From Eledone cirrhosa (lineage: Eukaryota), in assembly GCA_964016885.1 (NCBI GenBank), contig OZ024741.1, forward strand, positions 170,810,001-170,874,000: a DNA stretch of 64,000 nucleotides, written 5' to 3'. This document shows, one piece after another, positions 1-14,365 of this stretch. A program made the translations under genes and the position numbers. Every line of letters begins with the position of its first letter. The stretch's first letter is position 1. The notes under the pieces were generated by a model. The model saw nothing but the letters and a program-made list of their open reading frames with translations, searched no databases and was not told the origin of the DNA.

Positions 1-88
1 GGTTCCTATTACCCACTCTACTACCCCAAGTATTGAGTAATTTGGTGCGTTATGGTCCACCTGGTTCCTTACCACATTTCCTTCGTTA
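1..88. mobile_element. End of short (TA)n-embedded element (same family as 23709-23902 and 38740-38909)
   Basis: Near-exact reverse complement of 38740-38826 (acgaaggaaatgtggtaaggaaccaggtggaccataacgcacc); ends in (TA)n. Confidence 0.85.
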
Positions 89-279
89 TATATATATATA
101 TATATATATAAATCATGTCCTTAGAATCCCTAGATAAAATATATACCATTTCTTCTCCCAATTAGCATAATTAACCATAGTGCATACTTCATTAATTAAT
201 TGAAATAAATCTCCAAAGATCACTATTTATAAGACTTGAACTACTCGACATTCCCCTTCTACACACACACACACACACG

Positions 280-320
<41 letters not shown>

Positions 321-565
321 TATGCGTGTGTGGGTGTTTGTGTGTATGTGTGTATGTGTGTATGTGTGTGAAGAAGAGGGAGAGGGGGTGGTGAAAATAG
401 AGAGAGAGTGAACATCGAGCTTATTAGGTTAATCCCATTTTTCCTGTGTAATAGAGTTTACTGTGACTGTTAAATAGAGTTTACTGTGGCTGTTAATTAT
501 GCTAATTGGGAGAAGAAATAGTATATATTTTATCTAGTGATTCTAAGGACATGATTTATGATATA

Positions 566-1535
566 CTAGCAGTAAAGCCCGGCGTTGCTCGGGGTCGCTC
601 AGAAGCCGTGTTAAAGTTACAATGTTAAGTTTCTTTTTTGGCTTAAAAACTGTAGTGTCTACTGTGCAGACTTGCATGTGGTGTTTTTGATTAATATTCC
701 CTCAACCAACCATATGCCTTATGAAGTTAAGAAAACATAACGATAACCCGAATGTTATAACAAAAGAGGATGCTGGGGATAAAAACTGCACTGGTTATTT
801 ATTAACAAAGATCGTAAATGTAAACACTGCAACGCAGAGAAAATCATTAGCGTAACCAAATTATCAGTTATGTCTGTCTGCACGCCTATATCACCTCTCT
901 GCACGACTATCTGTTTGCACGCGTATATCACCTCTCTGCACGACTGTCTGTCTGCACGCGTATATCACCTCCTTGCACGACTGTCTGTCTGCACGACTGT
1001 CTGTCTGCACGCCTAACGAAATTTACAGATACATATATTTTAAATAAACTTATATAATTTTTGCTTTTTTTTACGAAATATTTGCTTGTTTTACGTAGTC
1101 TTTAAATAGACTTGTTTTCAAGTAAAAATATTGTTTTAAAAGGCTTTTAAATGGAAATGAAGCAAAACGGAAGCTTAGTGTTCGAACTGATGAATATTGC
1201 AGGTCAAAATTTTGCTGGCTCGACAACTGTTCGTGTATTGTGTTAATGTCATTTTAAACGCTGAGAAAGCCAGCGTAATTTTTTTAATTTTTGCACGCAG
1301 ACGCTCAATGTAAACAGAACGAAGGGAAATAACTCGTCACTTACGCTCAAAAATCGATACATTAGATTCGATTTCGTCACATAGGGTGGGTCAATTTGAA
1401 ATATTTTTTTCCGATGTCTTCGCTAGGGCTCAATGTACAAGTATAGCAATTTCGGTGCAATTCCGCCAGAGATTCTAAGAGATGTGTGCCAAAAATCGAT
1501 AGACAGACAGACAACCACAGCTTTATATATATAGA
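566..1535 (-). mobile_element. Non-autonomous Helitron
   Basis: On - strand starts TCTATATAT, has (CTGT)n near the 5' end, and ends in hairpin cccgagcaacgccggg + ctttactgCTAG; inserted between A and T without TSD; internal tgcacg-based tandem repeats about 870-1012; flanks rejoin to match the uninterrupted related repeat near 52781-52830. Confidence 0.85.
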
Positions 1536-1628
1536 TTGCTGTGATTATTTAATTTATTAATTCTTCATTGAGCCACAACGTGACCGGTTGCCAAACATAT
1601 ATATCTATGACTTTATGTATATGCAAAC

Positions 1629-1707
<79 letters not shown>

Positions 1708-1711
1708 TATT

Positions 1712-2130
1712 TAATACAATAACACAGATAGCTTTAAGCTAAACTCCGACTGGTAACCATCTCACTCAACAAACATTAGGTTATACGTTAGTATAAACCC
1801 AATTTAAGTGTTTGGGGTGCTAACTATATGTATTTTGTGGAAAGCCAGTTGTATTATTTTATATGAGATATAATAAAATATATCTCTCTTTCCAAACAAT
1901 TGTTTCATTATAAGTTATCTACAATTTGGGAGAATGTTTCCAGTTTATGTAGAAGCCTAACATATTTTCATGTAAGAATATATTTAGGTGGGCACTTATA
2001 AATCTTCAGCGGAAGCCCATTAAACTTTGATATAAGAAAAAATGTCTTACCGCAGTTAATTTTCGTGTCTGTTAAGTTGTCCCTTCACGCATCGAATGAC
2101 CGCCAAATTTGAAATTCCAGCAGTCTTTTG
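1712..2130. repeat. Interspersed repeat; inverted relative at about 50178-50590
   Basis: gctttaagct...ccatctcactcaacaaacattagg...gcaccccaaac shared in reverse complement; both copies abut (TA)n. Confidence 0.75.
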
Positions 2131-2406
2131 ACTGACGAAGTATCATAGCGTCACGAAGCGGAAAAGGGAGACAACCACTAGTCACGAGATAAATAAAATA
2201 ATATACACGTGGGTTAATTAGTTTTTTCAAAAACATTATCAATCCCGCGTGTTAAGAACTCAATTAATTTTTTTTTAAATAAATGTATGCGTGTATTAAT
2301 TTCACACGCATATAGATATTTTCTTAGGCTAAAAACAGAGAAGTGAATACCTAAAAACCAACCACATCTCATAACTGTACATATATATATATTATTATTA
2401 TATATA

Positions 2407-3310
<904 letters not shown>

Positions 3311-3335
3311 ATATATATATATATATAAATATATA

Positions 3336-3429
<94 letters not shown>

Positions 3430-3991
3430 TGTATATATATTCATATTCACAACAAGGCAGCACGCCATTTTTCATTCACATATATTTTTTCCCTTCGCTG
3501 TGGATCGTATTTTTTCTGTCACCTTACTGCTATCCTCTTTCTCTCTCCCCCTTCTCTCTCCTTCACCTCTTGCTTTCCTCCACTCCCGCTGCTGGTCACT
3601 CACTCTCGGCGGGCTCCTTCCTCACACTTTCACCCACTCACTCTCTGCTACTCCTCCTCACACACTTCCTCCCGTCTGACCTGCGTGAAATATTATTTCC
3701 TCTCTCACTTTTCTCGTAGCTCGGACGCGTCTGTTTCTACTCGTCATTTGATTTGTCGGACTTAAACCCACAAGATTCATTGACTTGTCTCTCTTTTCCT
3801 CTATTTACGTTGAATTACTACCGTGTTGTTTGTTTCCTTTCCTCAGTCCCGATAACTTAATTTAGTTATCGCTCGCACTGATTTTAGGTATCTAGTCTTT
3901 AATGCGAAGAAATACCAATGATAATCAGCAGACTACTGATGACGGACATCTTGTTTCACGGTCTATTTTTATTCCTATATATATATATATA

Positions 3992-4138
3992 TTCTTTCCT
4001 CACACATCTATAGAATCACAGCTAAAACCAATACAAACCAAACCGTGAGTGTGTTCTATTATTATTTCTGGCAATATTATAACAATATGACCCTTCTCAA
4101 ATATAACAATATATATATATATATATACATATATATAT

Positions 4139-4222
<84 letters not shown>

Positions 4223-4345
4223 ATATTTGAGGGGGGTCATATTGTTATAATATTGCCATAAATAATAATAGAACACACTCACGGTTTGGTTTGTATTGGT
4301 TTTACCTGTGATGCCATAGATGTGTGACGAAAGAACTTTGATATA
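3992..4345. repeat. Inverted pair of PLE family B 3' ends around (TA)n
   Basis: 3992-4110 is the reverse complement of about 4217-4337; includes half ribozyme tgtgacGAAAgaacTT; similar to 49160-49243. Confidence 0.8.
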
Positions 4346-4396
4346 CTATATATATATATATTTATATATATATTTTTAACTGTTGGTCAATTAATG

Positions 4397-4429
<33 letters not shown>

Positions 4430-4504
4430 CACACAACACACAGAAAAAAAAGATGGCGTAGGACAGAAGAAAGGAGAGGCACAAAACAAAGAAAAGTATC
4501 CCCA

Positions 4505-4547
4505 GTCACTGAAGAGGTCTCAGAATGTGTGACGAAAGAACTTTGAC
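4505..4547 (+). ncRNA. Type I hammerhead ribozyme (family B)
   Basis: gtca CTGAAGA g gtctca gaatg tgtgac GAAA gaac TT tgac; 4-bp stem I gtca/tgac. Confidence 0.75.
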
Positions 4548-4887
4548 AATATATAAACAACCATCCGGTTGTGGAACCAACCAACCGAAAACTTATAATA
4601 AATTGTAGTGAAATCAACTGGTGCGTGTGTTTCTTATTGGCAACATGACCCTCCCAAAGTATAACAATATCGGTTTCAGCACACGTTTTCAGATAAAGAA
4701 TCTTGTTAAACAAATTCAGAAACGAAATATATATATATATTTATAGTAAAAATAATATATATGAAAACTAAAGTCGGAAGAGGGCTCGATAAGGATTATA
4801 TATAAATATAAATATATATATAACCCTTATTTATTAAAACAGATTAAAGTTTAAGCAAAGAATCGCTGCTTAAACGTTAATCTGTTA

Positions 4888-4969
<82 letters not shown>

Positions 4970-4970
4970 A

Positions 4971-5020
<50 letters not shown>

Positions 5021-5021
5021 A

Positions 5022-5083
<62 letters not shown>

Positions 5084-5084
<1 letters not shown>

Positions 5085-5890
5085 TAGCAGTGGTATCCGG
5101 CATTGCACGGGATAAGGTATTTTGGAACACGGCCCGCCGACAGACCTAATCGTGGAAAAACTGCATGCCAGGACAATATGTAAAGAAAATTAACCGAATA
5201 CTCTGATGGCTGGATAATCTTTAAGATTTTCCTCGATGAAACAGGAAAAATGCAGGTTTTCACCCTAGGGTGTCAAGAAAATAAATTTTTTTATGTGCAT
5301 AATATGTCTTTAAATTTCGGGGAAATGGGCTAGACGTTACGCCTCCAAAAAGCCCTAAGAAGCTGAAAAAATGAAGTTTTTCACCTGATGGCCATAAAAA
5401 AGTTGGATTTTCTTTGCTCATGGTATGAAGAAGAGACTGACTAAAACATAGTTATAATTTTAAGGAAATGGGTCTGACGTAACGCCTCAAATAACCCCTA
5501 AGAATCTTTTAAAACGCAGTTTTTCACCTAATGCGGGCCCTAGGAGATACAAAAGTTGAATTGTTGTATGTGTATAAGACTTCCTGAAAGGTAATACACA
5601 TGTAAAGTTTGAAAAAAAACCGGTTGGGTACTTCTCGAGTTTTAGATTCAAACTCACAGACACGCACACACACAGAGACAGACATCCTCAGGGAACTGAC
5701 GTAATGCAGTCAGCCAGACATACAGACAGATATTATAAGGGCGCGATGTTATATGTATGTATCTATCTAAAAAGAGAAAGACTAAGAATTAAAGAGAGAG
5801 ATCGCTAAATCGCCTAATGCGGTCCCTAGGGCATTGAACATTTGAAATTCTTTTTGCTCAGAACACTCCCTGAAACATAAGTATTACATG
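5084..5890 (-). mobile_element. Non-autonomous Helitron, 5'-truncated
   Basis: - strand 3' end cccgtgcaatgccggataccactgCTAG; diverged inverted copy of 6045-6857. Confidence 0.8.
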
Positions 5891-5947
5891 ATGTATGTCT
5901 GTGTAGATGAATGGATAGTTGGATGTATAACTATCTTCTAATTATCA

Positions 5948-6857
5948 TCTATATATATAAAACTGAGGATGTATGTCTGTGTGTGTGTGAGAGTTTGAAA
6001 CCCTAAAACTCGAGGACAACCCAACCGACTGTTTTCAAACTTTACACATGTGATACTTATGTTTCAGGGAGTGTACTGAGCAAAAGCATTTTCAATGCCC
6101 TAGGGTCCGCATTAGGTGATATAGCGATCTCTCTCTCTAATTCTTAGTCTTTCTCTTTTTAGATAGATACATACATATAACGTCGCGCCCTTATAATATC
6201 TGTCTGTATGTATGACTCTCTGCATTACATCACTTCCCTGAGGATGTCTGTCTGTGTCTGTGAGTTTGAATACCTAAAACTCGAGAGGTATCCAACCAAC
6301 TTTTTTTCAAACTTTACATGTGTATTACTTATGTTTCAGGGAGTTTTATACACATAAAAAAATAACTTTTTGATCCCTTACGAACCGCATTAGGTGAACA
6401 ACTGCGTTTTTTCAGGTGTTTAGGTGTTTTATGAGGCGTTACGTCAGACCTATTTCCTTGAAATTGTAACTATGTATTAGTCAGTCCCTTATTCATACCG
6501 TGAGCAAAGAAAATCCAACTTTTTTATGGCCTAGGGCCCGCATTAGGTGAAAAACTTCATTTTTTCAGCTTTTGAGGTCTATTTTGAGGCGTTATGTCTA
6601 GCCGATTTTCCTGAAATTTCAAGGCATATTATGCACAACAAAAAATTCATTTCTTGATCCCCTAGGGCCCGCATTAGGTGAAATCCTGCATTTTTTCTGT
6701 TTCATCGAGGAAAATCTTAAAGATTATCTAGCCATCAGAGTATTCGGTTTATTTTCTTTACATATTGACCAGGCATGCAGTTTTTCCACGATTAGGTCTC
6801 TTGGCGGCCCGCGTTCCAAAATAACTTATCCCGTGCAATGCCGCGTACCACTGCTAG
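5948..6857 (+). mobile_element. Non-autonomous Helitron, complete
   Basis: a|TCTATATATATAAAA start; 3' hairpin cccgtgcaatgccgcg then taccactgCTAG|t; internal repeated ctagggcccgcattaggtga motif. Confidence 0.85.
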
Positions 6858-7280
6858 TTATATATATTTCTGCCTGTGTCTATATTAAAACAATCTTATA
6901 AACAGGTATTTATTAGTTGATAGTAGATTCATATTCTAAGCTGGCCGAGAGCCAATTAAAGACAACGAACATATAATTTATACATATGTCTTTAAATTCC
7001 TCACACTTTTGTAAAGCTATGTTCGATATATTTAAATCCGATGAGTAATGACATATACATTTATTATTTATATATATAATGCCACTACGCGCTGTTCTAA
7101 AAGGCAATATAGCCCAGTGTTCAATCTAATCCTTCAGCATTTTATATCCCTTACTTAGTTTACCTATCAATCTTACGTTTCTTCAACACATGTTCACTCA
7201 CTAGCATTTTTGCACGAATAAACACAGCCACACTAAACTTAATATCATAAAATGTAAATAGATAAATGTTTATATACATT

Positions 7281-7328
<48 letters not shown>

Positions 7329-7331
<3 letters not shown>

Positions 7332-7909
7332 GGGATGTTTGTTTACGAACACACCGAGCATTATAATAAATGTTCGGTAATCCATACGTACATATATAAA
7401 TATATGTGTTCATGTATGTATATGTATATATATATATGTATATATACATACTACTGTACGTCTGTATACATATATGTATGTACGTATACATACATATATT
7501 TAAGTAACAGCCGTACTAAAAGTGAGAAATAAAATTTCGTTTCATTTTTTCCGTTTATCATTTTCGGTACCCCGGCCGATTAAATCACTCGATATGCAAA
7601 TTAGGCTGCTCATCCGTTAATATGCATAAGGAAAGTATATACTTTCAGACGTTCAACCATCTGGCAGGAAGTTATACGTTGCTGACGATAGCTAATAAGC
7701 TTGAAACTAGTACAGCGTTCCTTTGTCAGTGTTGAACAAATGAGCAACGATGGTTGCTAGACACTGTACGGCTTAATTCGCGATGTTTGTTTACAAACAC
7801 ATCGAGCATTATAATAAATGTTTGGTGAATCCATACGTACATATATATATGTGTGCATGTATGTATATATATATACATACCACTGTATATATGTATGTAC
7901 GTATATATA

Positions 7910-7912
<3 letters not shown>
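7329..7912 (+). mobile_element. Hammerhead-bearing element, family A (permuted copy, about 450-bp unit with terminal redundancy)
   Basis: ttcgggatgtttgtttac...gagcattataataaatg at about 7329 recurs at about 7777; (TA)n on both sides. Confidence 0.8.
7676..7718 (+). ncRNA. Type I hammerhead ribozyme (family A), predicted cleavage after 7712
   Basis: acgttg CTGACGA t agct-aata-agct t GAAA CTAG TA^cagcgt; 6-bp stem I; palindromic CTAG loop III as in minimal PLE hammerheads. Confidence 0.88.
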
Positions 7913-7994
<82 letters not shown>

Positions 7995-8446
7995 GACAAT
8001 AAGTAAGAAAATGAAATTTCATGGACAACTGATGCAAAAGAAATAATTTCTTTACTCGGTTTATGCATTTGCATTAACTTCAGTAAGTAGAGCAGTTAAA
8101 ATATACGGGAATCTATAAAGTTTAGCGCGTATCGCTATTGTGCCGGATGCCGTATTCTGTAAATCGTTCGATCCATTTAATGCTACTATCAATGAATATC
8201 TTTAGCGGTTTCTATTGAGGCAAGTTTTCGGATCTGATTCGGATCTCATTATAATTTACACCGTTTTTCTTACTAAACAACCATACATTACATAGGGTTT
8301 ATGAGGGCTACTCATACTGATCTGTTTCAGCCATTTATAATATAACACACTATTATGTATTCATAATGATTAATATGTTTTTTGTGGAGTCGTTAGAGCA
8401 CCAGTTATCTCGTAATTGAACGGGCAATGAAAACATTTAGTGAGTA

Positions 8447-8635
8447 AATAATTGTTTCTACTTTAGGCACAAGGCCAGCACTACCCAGTGCCTTACTGGT
8501 ACTTTATTTTATCGACCCCGTAAGGATGAAAGGCAAAGTCAACCTCGGCGGGATTTGAACTCAGATCGTAAAGGGACGTAACTATGCTGGAAAGCATGGC
8601 GTCCGACCCTCTACCGATACTACCAATCCACCGCC
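8447..8635 (-). mobile_element. tRNA-derived SINE with Nin/Deu-like domain
   Basis: Sense reads ggcggtggattggtagtatcgg (A box), gagttcaaatcc (B box), gcctttcatccttacggggtcgataaa...agtaccag, tail acaattatt. Confidence 0.9.
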
Positions 8636-8691
8636 CTTTTTAGGGGGTAAAATAAATAACTAGTTTTCGGTAAAACTTCTTTCTTGGCAGC

Positions 8692-10546
8692 ATGGCGGAA
8701 AAGATGGCAGATATGTCTGCCATTAGCTCTGCCACGCCCTCCAAGTCTGAAGAACAAAAAATAGATACAACAAAACTAGACAACGAAACAAACAAGGAAA
8801 ATGAAAAAACAAATGTTACGGAAAATGAGCAAACGGAAAACAAACAAACAGAAAATAAGAATACAAATAACAACAAGGCAACTTTCGCCCAGAAAACAAA
8901 ACAATCCATAATATATACACCAATAGACTTAACAGCCGCCAGAGAAAAACTGGCAGAAGCAAAAAAACACATAGTCTTGGGGGAGAACGGAATGTTTTCC
9001 ATAAATTCCCCCCCAGAATTCAAGAAGGCGAGAACAGAAAGCACAGTTCTCTTCAGAACAATCCTAAACCAAACGAGAAAGCAAGCACGGCACAGCCAAA
9101 TGGAGATAGAGTTAGTCCTAAAATACTATATGAAGAATATTCTCTTCATACGAAAGGACCGACTCTATGGCAACATTGCGGTCTTAACAAAAGACAAGGA
9201 AACAGCGCAGAGGCTTTCCCTAAGCCCACTCTCATCAACAACATAAGCTACTATCCCTCCTACATGGGTAGAAGAACACAGAGAGTCAAAATACAAACAA
9301 TGCTGCCCACAATGGACTTCTGGTGGGCTATTGCTGGCTTCATAGACATGGGCGAGGACACAGTGCTGTCAATGGGGAAGGCATCTGGAGATGCGTTCCT
9401 GGGAATGGGCCTCGACCTACTAGTCCAAATGAGGCCCGAAAGAATAGCACAAATCCCGGATCGCATCTGGCTGGATGACCTCACCCCAATATATATAATT
9501 GTAGAGGGGAGAAGACCAGCATGCTATTTATGCACGGAAAGGGGACACGTTAAGGCTAACTGCCCGAAACGTATCCCCCAAAAAGGACTATTGCCCACAC
9601 CCACCACAAACAGTACACCAACACCACCCACCTCCAAAAATACACTAATACCACACACAGCAAACAAAATACAGACACCACCAACCACAAGCACAACACA
9701 AACATCACCACCACCAGCACCAAACACAAGCACGACACAAAAATCACCACCACCATCACCAACCACAACACAAACATCACCACCACCATCAACAACCACA
9801 AGCACGACACAAACATCACCACCACCACCACAAAACGCATTCCAAACAAATAAAAAAAAAACAAAAAAAAAACAGCAACAAATCTACCACTCCCGCAAAA
9901 AAAAAACAACCAGAAACCACGTCCCTCCCACCTAGCGCTGAAGAGTTTCCCCCAACTTCTGAAGAAGAAGGAGGAGAAGCCTTCAGACAAGTTAAGAGAA
10001 AAAAAAGAAAGCACACACCCAGCACACCACAAATAACCCACACACAAACACCAACTCCAATCAAAAACACCCCACCCTCGACAAACAAAAATAAATCTGC
10101 GCCTCTCCTCTCCGAAACATTGACAGCATCACAAAAAAAGACTTTGCAATACACATATATAAATAAAGAAAACAAAAAACTGTTTAAATTAATAAGCAAT
10201 AGCCCTTTGGTGCAGACCGAAGGGTCAAACTTTATCTCAACAGAGAACTTCACCCATTTAAAAATGATAAAGGTCCCTCTGGACCTTTATCGTTCCTTAA
10301 AACAACAATTTAAACAGGACGTGAGCCCCCCCCCCCTGTTTAAAACCGTTAAATCGCGTCCTCTTGAAAGATTTCCCCATAACCTCCCCTCTCCCTGACA
10401 CAACTCCAAATACCCCAACCCCACCACACTCGGATACCCCACACCACCACAAAACATCCCTCCACCCAACACACCCGACGCCATGGATATTACACAACCC
10501 GGAGAGGTAGGTGCTTTTCTTTCTTCACTTTCAACACCAAAATAGA
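8692..10546 (+). pseudogene. ORF1 (gag-like, zinc knuckle, Pro/Thr-rich), frameshifted
   Basis: ORFs 8692-9246, 9264-9935, 10120-10398; CYLCTERGHVKANC. Confidence 0.85.
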
Positions 10547-10550
10547 TCAA

Positions 10551-13500
10551 TTGAGAGTTGGCTGTTTGAATGCGCGTGGCCTGGGCTCAGCTTGGAAGCA
10601 AGCAAAGCTTCTAAGTGACCTCAGGTCACGAAGTATAGATGTGATGGTTGTTTGCGAGAGTCGGATCTGCAGCGTGCGACAGCTGGCTCCCGCCTTCGAT
10701 GACTTTGAGATGCACGCATCTCTCTGTCAACCCGGAGGCGGGGGGGGGGCTTGCCGTACTGCTGGATAAACGTATGGCTCTCGACGTACAGATTGTTCAC
10801 TCGGACCCGGGGGGTCGATTATTGGTGCTGGACGTCGGAGGCGGTGAATGCGGGGATTTCAGACTGGTCGGTCTTTATGCCCCCTTCGGGGCTGAAAGAG
10901 CCGACTTCTTCCAGCGTCTGGAGACCTTTCTAGGAACGCCGCGTTCCCTGCTTTTAGTGGGGGAGTGGAATGGAATCCTAGATGCGCGTTGGGACTATGC
11001 AGGGGCATGTCCCGATAGAGGGGGTTGTAGCAGCCTCAAGGGGTTACTCGATCGATTCGACCTGGTCGATAGATTTCGACTAGATTGTCCAACTGCGCCA
11101 ACCTGGCCCTGGGCAAACCGCAGTGGTCAATCTAGATCGTACCTAGATAGGTTTTTGGTTCGGAGCAAGGATAGGGACGTATTTAGTTGTCCAGAATTGC
11201 TCATGGTTGGCTATTCAGATCACAAATTAGTGACCTGCGTGGTCAACCTTGATAAAACGCATTGACAGGGTCCCGGTTACTGGAAGATGAACTTGTCCTT
11301 GCCGGCAAAGGAAGCTTACAGGAACCGGATTAGTAGCTTAGTTAAGATGCGGTTGACGGGAGCGATCGTCAACAGCAGGTGGTGGGTATCTCTAAAGAGA
11401 GAGATTAGAGTAAGTTCGATAGGTTACAGTAAGGAACTAGCGGCGAATAGAAATAGGAGGGAAAGGGAGTTAACAGATAAACTAGAAGAGGCGATTAGGA
11501 GCGGAGACGTGGCCAGAGTGTTAGCGGCGAGAACGGCGTTGAGCCAGTTCTTTGACGCGAAGCACGAAGGCTGCGTTGTCCGAAGTAAAATACGTGCTTT
11601 AGGAAACGAGGTGACCAAAGCTGTTAGCTGGGCTCGCGTGACAGAAGCCAAGAGTGGGATTAAATCCACCATTCGGTCTTTGCGAGACCAGAATGGACGG
11701 GTGATCCTTGAACCTGAGCGGATGTGCGAGGCCTTTCAAAGGCACTTTGCTCGACTGTTCGAAGGGGGCGGGGGGCCGGACGGGGATGTGGACTTCGGTC
11801 CATACCTCGACGGTCTACCGCGTCTTTCGAGCGGCGAAGCGGAGTGCTGCGAAAGGCCAATCACAGCCACTGAAATCGGGGAAGCGCTCAGCCAATGCAG
11901 CAGACGCAAATCTCCGGATCTCGATGGTCTACCATACGAACTTTATTTAGCTATGCCGGTCTTGTTCTCCGAACTCCTCGAGGCTGTCTATTGCAACTGG
12001 CAACAGAACGGGAGAATTCCCTGTTCTGTGACCAAGGGCGTGGTCACGCTAGTGAGGAAGGACGAGAGCAAGTGGGACGACTTAAGTAACTTTAGGCCCA
12101 TAACTCTGCTGAATGCAGAGTTACAGATTTTGGCCAAGGTGTTGGCGAAGAGGTTGGCGCTTGTGGTGGGTGGTTTGGTGGGAGACGCGCAGACATGCGC
12201 TATCCCGTCCAGGTCCATTCACGACAACCTCCACCTCATACGATACATCGTAGAGAGGGTTGGCAACGAACCCGGCTTTGGTGGGGCCCTGATCAACTTG
12301 GATCAATCTAAGGCGTTCGATAGGGTCGACCATGGTTACCTGGATGCGGTGCGAGCGGCGGCGGGCTTCGAACCCGTTTTCAGGGGCTGGATTTCTGCCA
12401 TGCACAGTGGCAACATCTACTCTAGGATTAAAGTAAACGGCTACCTCTCGGAGCCGTTTCAAATCACTCGGTCCATCAGACAGGAGTGCCCCCTCTCCTC
12501 CCTTCTGCACGTATTGACTCTCGAGCCACTGCTGCGGAAGTTGGAGTTGCTGCGGGGCATACCCCTGGAACCGGGATTGCACAAAGCGGTCTCGGCCTAT
12601 GCCGACGACGTAACAGTAATGGTGGCGGACGCCTCGGAAATCGGGGCGATCGCCACCCTACTGGAGGAATACGAAAGGCTGACGGGGGGCTAGGCTGAAC
12701 CGGGACAAGTCAGTCGGTTTGCAACTCGGAACGTGGAGGGGCAAACCGATGCCTTTAGACTGTGTCGTCGGGCAGTGGACGGAGGGCCCGGTGAAGCTGC
12801 TCGGGGTCTGGTTCGGACCGGACCCCCAGGTGGAGAAGAATTGGGGCGAGGTGACGAGCAGGGTATTTGCGCTGACCCAGAAGTGGGCCAAGTGCAAACT
12901 ATCACTGAAAGGTCGGGCGGAGGTCACGACGCTTACATAGCGTCCGTCATCTACTACCGCCTGACCGTCGTGCCTTGCCCCAAGGAAACGCTCACCATCA
13001 TGGAACGCATGCTCTTCCAGTTCCTCTGGAAGAAGCGGCCTCCCATGGTGAGGAGATCCATCTGCTGCCAGCACCCTTCGAAAGGAGGGCTGGGTATGCC
13101 GTGGCTGTTGATGCGTAGGCACGCATTGAGGCTACGGCATCTACAGGTATTCCTCACCGGTCAGCCGGTGTGGGCACCGTTTGTGAGGCGAGCCTTCTCA
13201 CAGCTCGTCTCGCTCACCGAGCTGCAATCCTGGGTGAAGCAAAGACCGAGAAAACTGGGCAACTGGCACACCGAGTGTGCCCAGGCGCTCACGGCTCTCT
13301 GGCAAGCGGACCCGACTATCAGTGGAGAATCCACCTCGACATTCTATAGAGGGCTGGTGGCTAGCAGGGGCGACGACACCCTTGGAGAGTCGCTAGGCAT
13401 GGAGGAGGACGAACTGGCCAGCCTGTTCGGTAGAACTTTCGGCCCGGGACCCATGGACAACTTCCAGAGGTCGCTAACCTGGCAGTGTTACCGGGGGGCT

Positions 13501-13981
13501 CTGCCCGTTCGAGAAAAGCTCTACAGACACGGCCGCCCGGGCAGGGATCCTGTGAAAAAAGATCTGTCCCAGATGCGTGCGCGACGAGGAAACCGTTGCG
13601 CATGCACTCGTACACTGCCCGGGCGTTGCCGATCTGTGGGGCTACGTCGAACGACTGCTGTCGCGTGTGGCGCCGATTCGATTGACCGCCGAGTCTGTGG
13701 TGAACATCAAGCCACCTCCTCCCTTCAGAAATGAAGCAGAGGCGGTCTTTCTGTGCGAAATAGCCATGATGAAAGAGGTTGTGTGGTGGACGCGCCTGAA
13801 AGGTCTGAGGTCGGGTGACTTTCTCTCCGGCCAACACCTGGTTTACTTCTTCCGATACCACTTCGGAAGAAGGATCAGGATGGAGAGAGAAGTGCTTGGC
13901 CCCAGACAGTTTTATGAAAGGTGGGTGAAAGAAGCGAGAATGGCTCGTGTAAATGGGCCTTCTCTCTACATTGTTCTGTAG
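10551..13981 (+). pseudogene. ORF2 APE endonuclease-reverse transcriptase, several frameshifts and stops
   Basis: GCLNARGL, SYLDRF, YSDH (APE); NFRPITLLN, DQSKAFDRV, RQECPLS, YADD (RT); CPRC...ETVAHALVHC. Confidence 0.93.
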
Positions 13982-14211
13982 GTGAAGAAGTGAAGAGGAA
14001 AGGGGGAGCGCCTCCTCTCTGGGCTTCCCCCGCGAAAAGAGTTGCACACTTTTCGGGGGTATGTGCAATCCCCAACACGCCCCCTCCCTTTTGAGGACTT
14101 TTTATTATTATGTTATTCTCATTGTTATGCCTTTTTCTTTACTCGCATTTATGTAAACTCCCCCCTGTGTTTTGTCCCTTTCTCTTGTGCCCTAGTGCCA
14201 AATAAATAGAA

Positions 14212-14252
<41 letters not shown>

Positions 14253-14319
14253 ACATTCACATACAAACATATTTGTTACGTATGAAACAGTCATAGTCCC
14301 GTAGAAGACATTTCCTTAA

Positions 14320-14365
<46 letters not shown>

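Larger units (their letters stand above)
8640..14250 (+). mobile_element. Tx1/L1-clade non-LTR retrotransposon, near full length, inactivated
   Basis: ORF1 with CCHC knuckle, ORF2 with APE, RT and C-terminal Cys motif; aataaa then (ATCT)n tail at 14211-14250. Confidence 0.93.

Noticed and set aside
870-1012. Regularly spaced tgcacg repeats suggesting a CRISPR-like array
   Set aside because: Spacers are themselves repeated, context is eukaryotic, and the array is internal to a Helitron
1951-2018. CTGAAGA...GAAA on - strand (CTGATGA at 50295 in the sister copy)
   Set aside because: No stem I pairing, and GAAA is not conserved in the second copy
8447-8635. A/B boxes as tRNA genes
   Set aside because: No cloverleaf; followed by a conserved SINE body and present in many copies with TSDs
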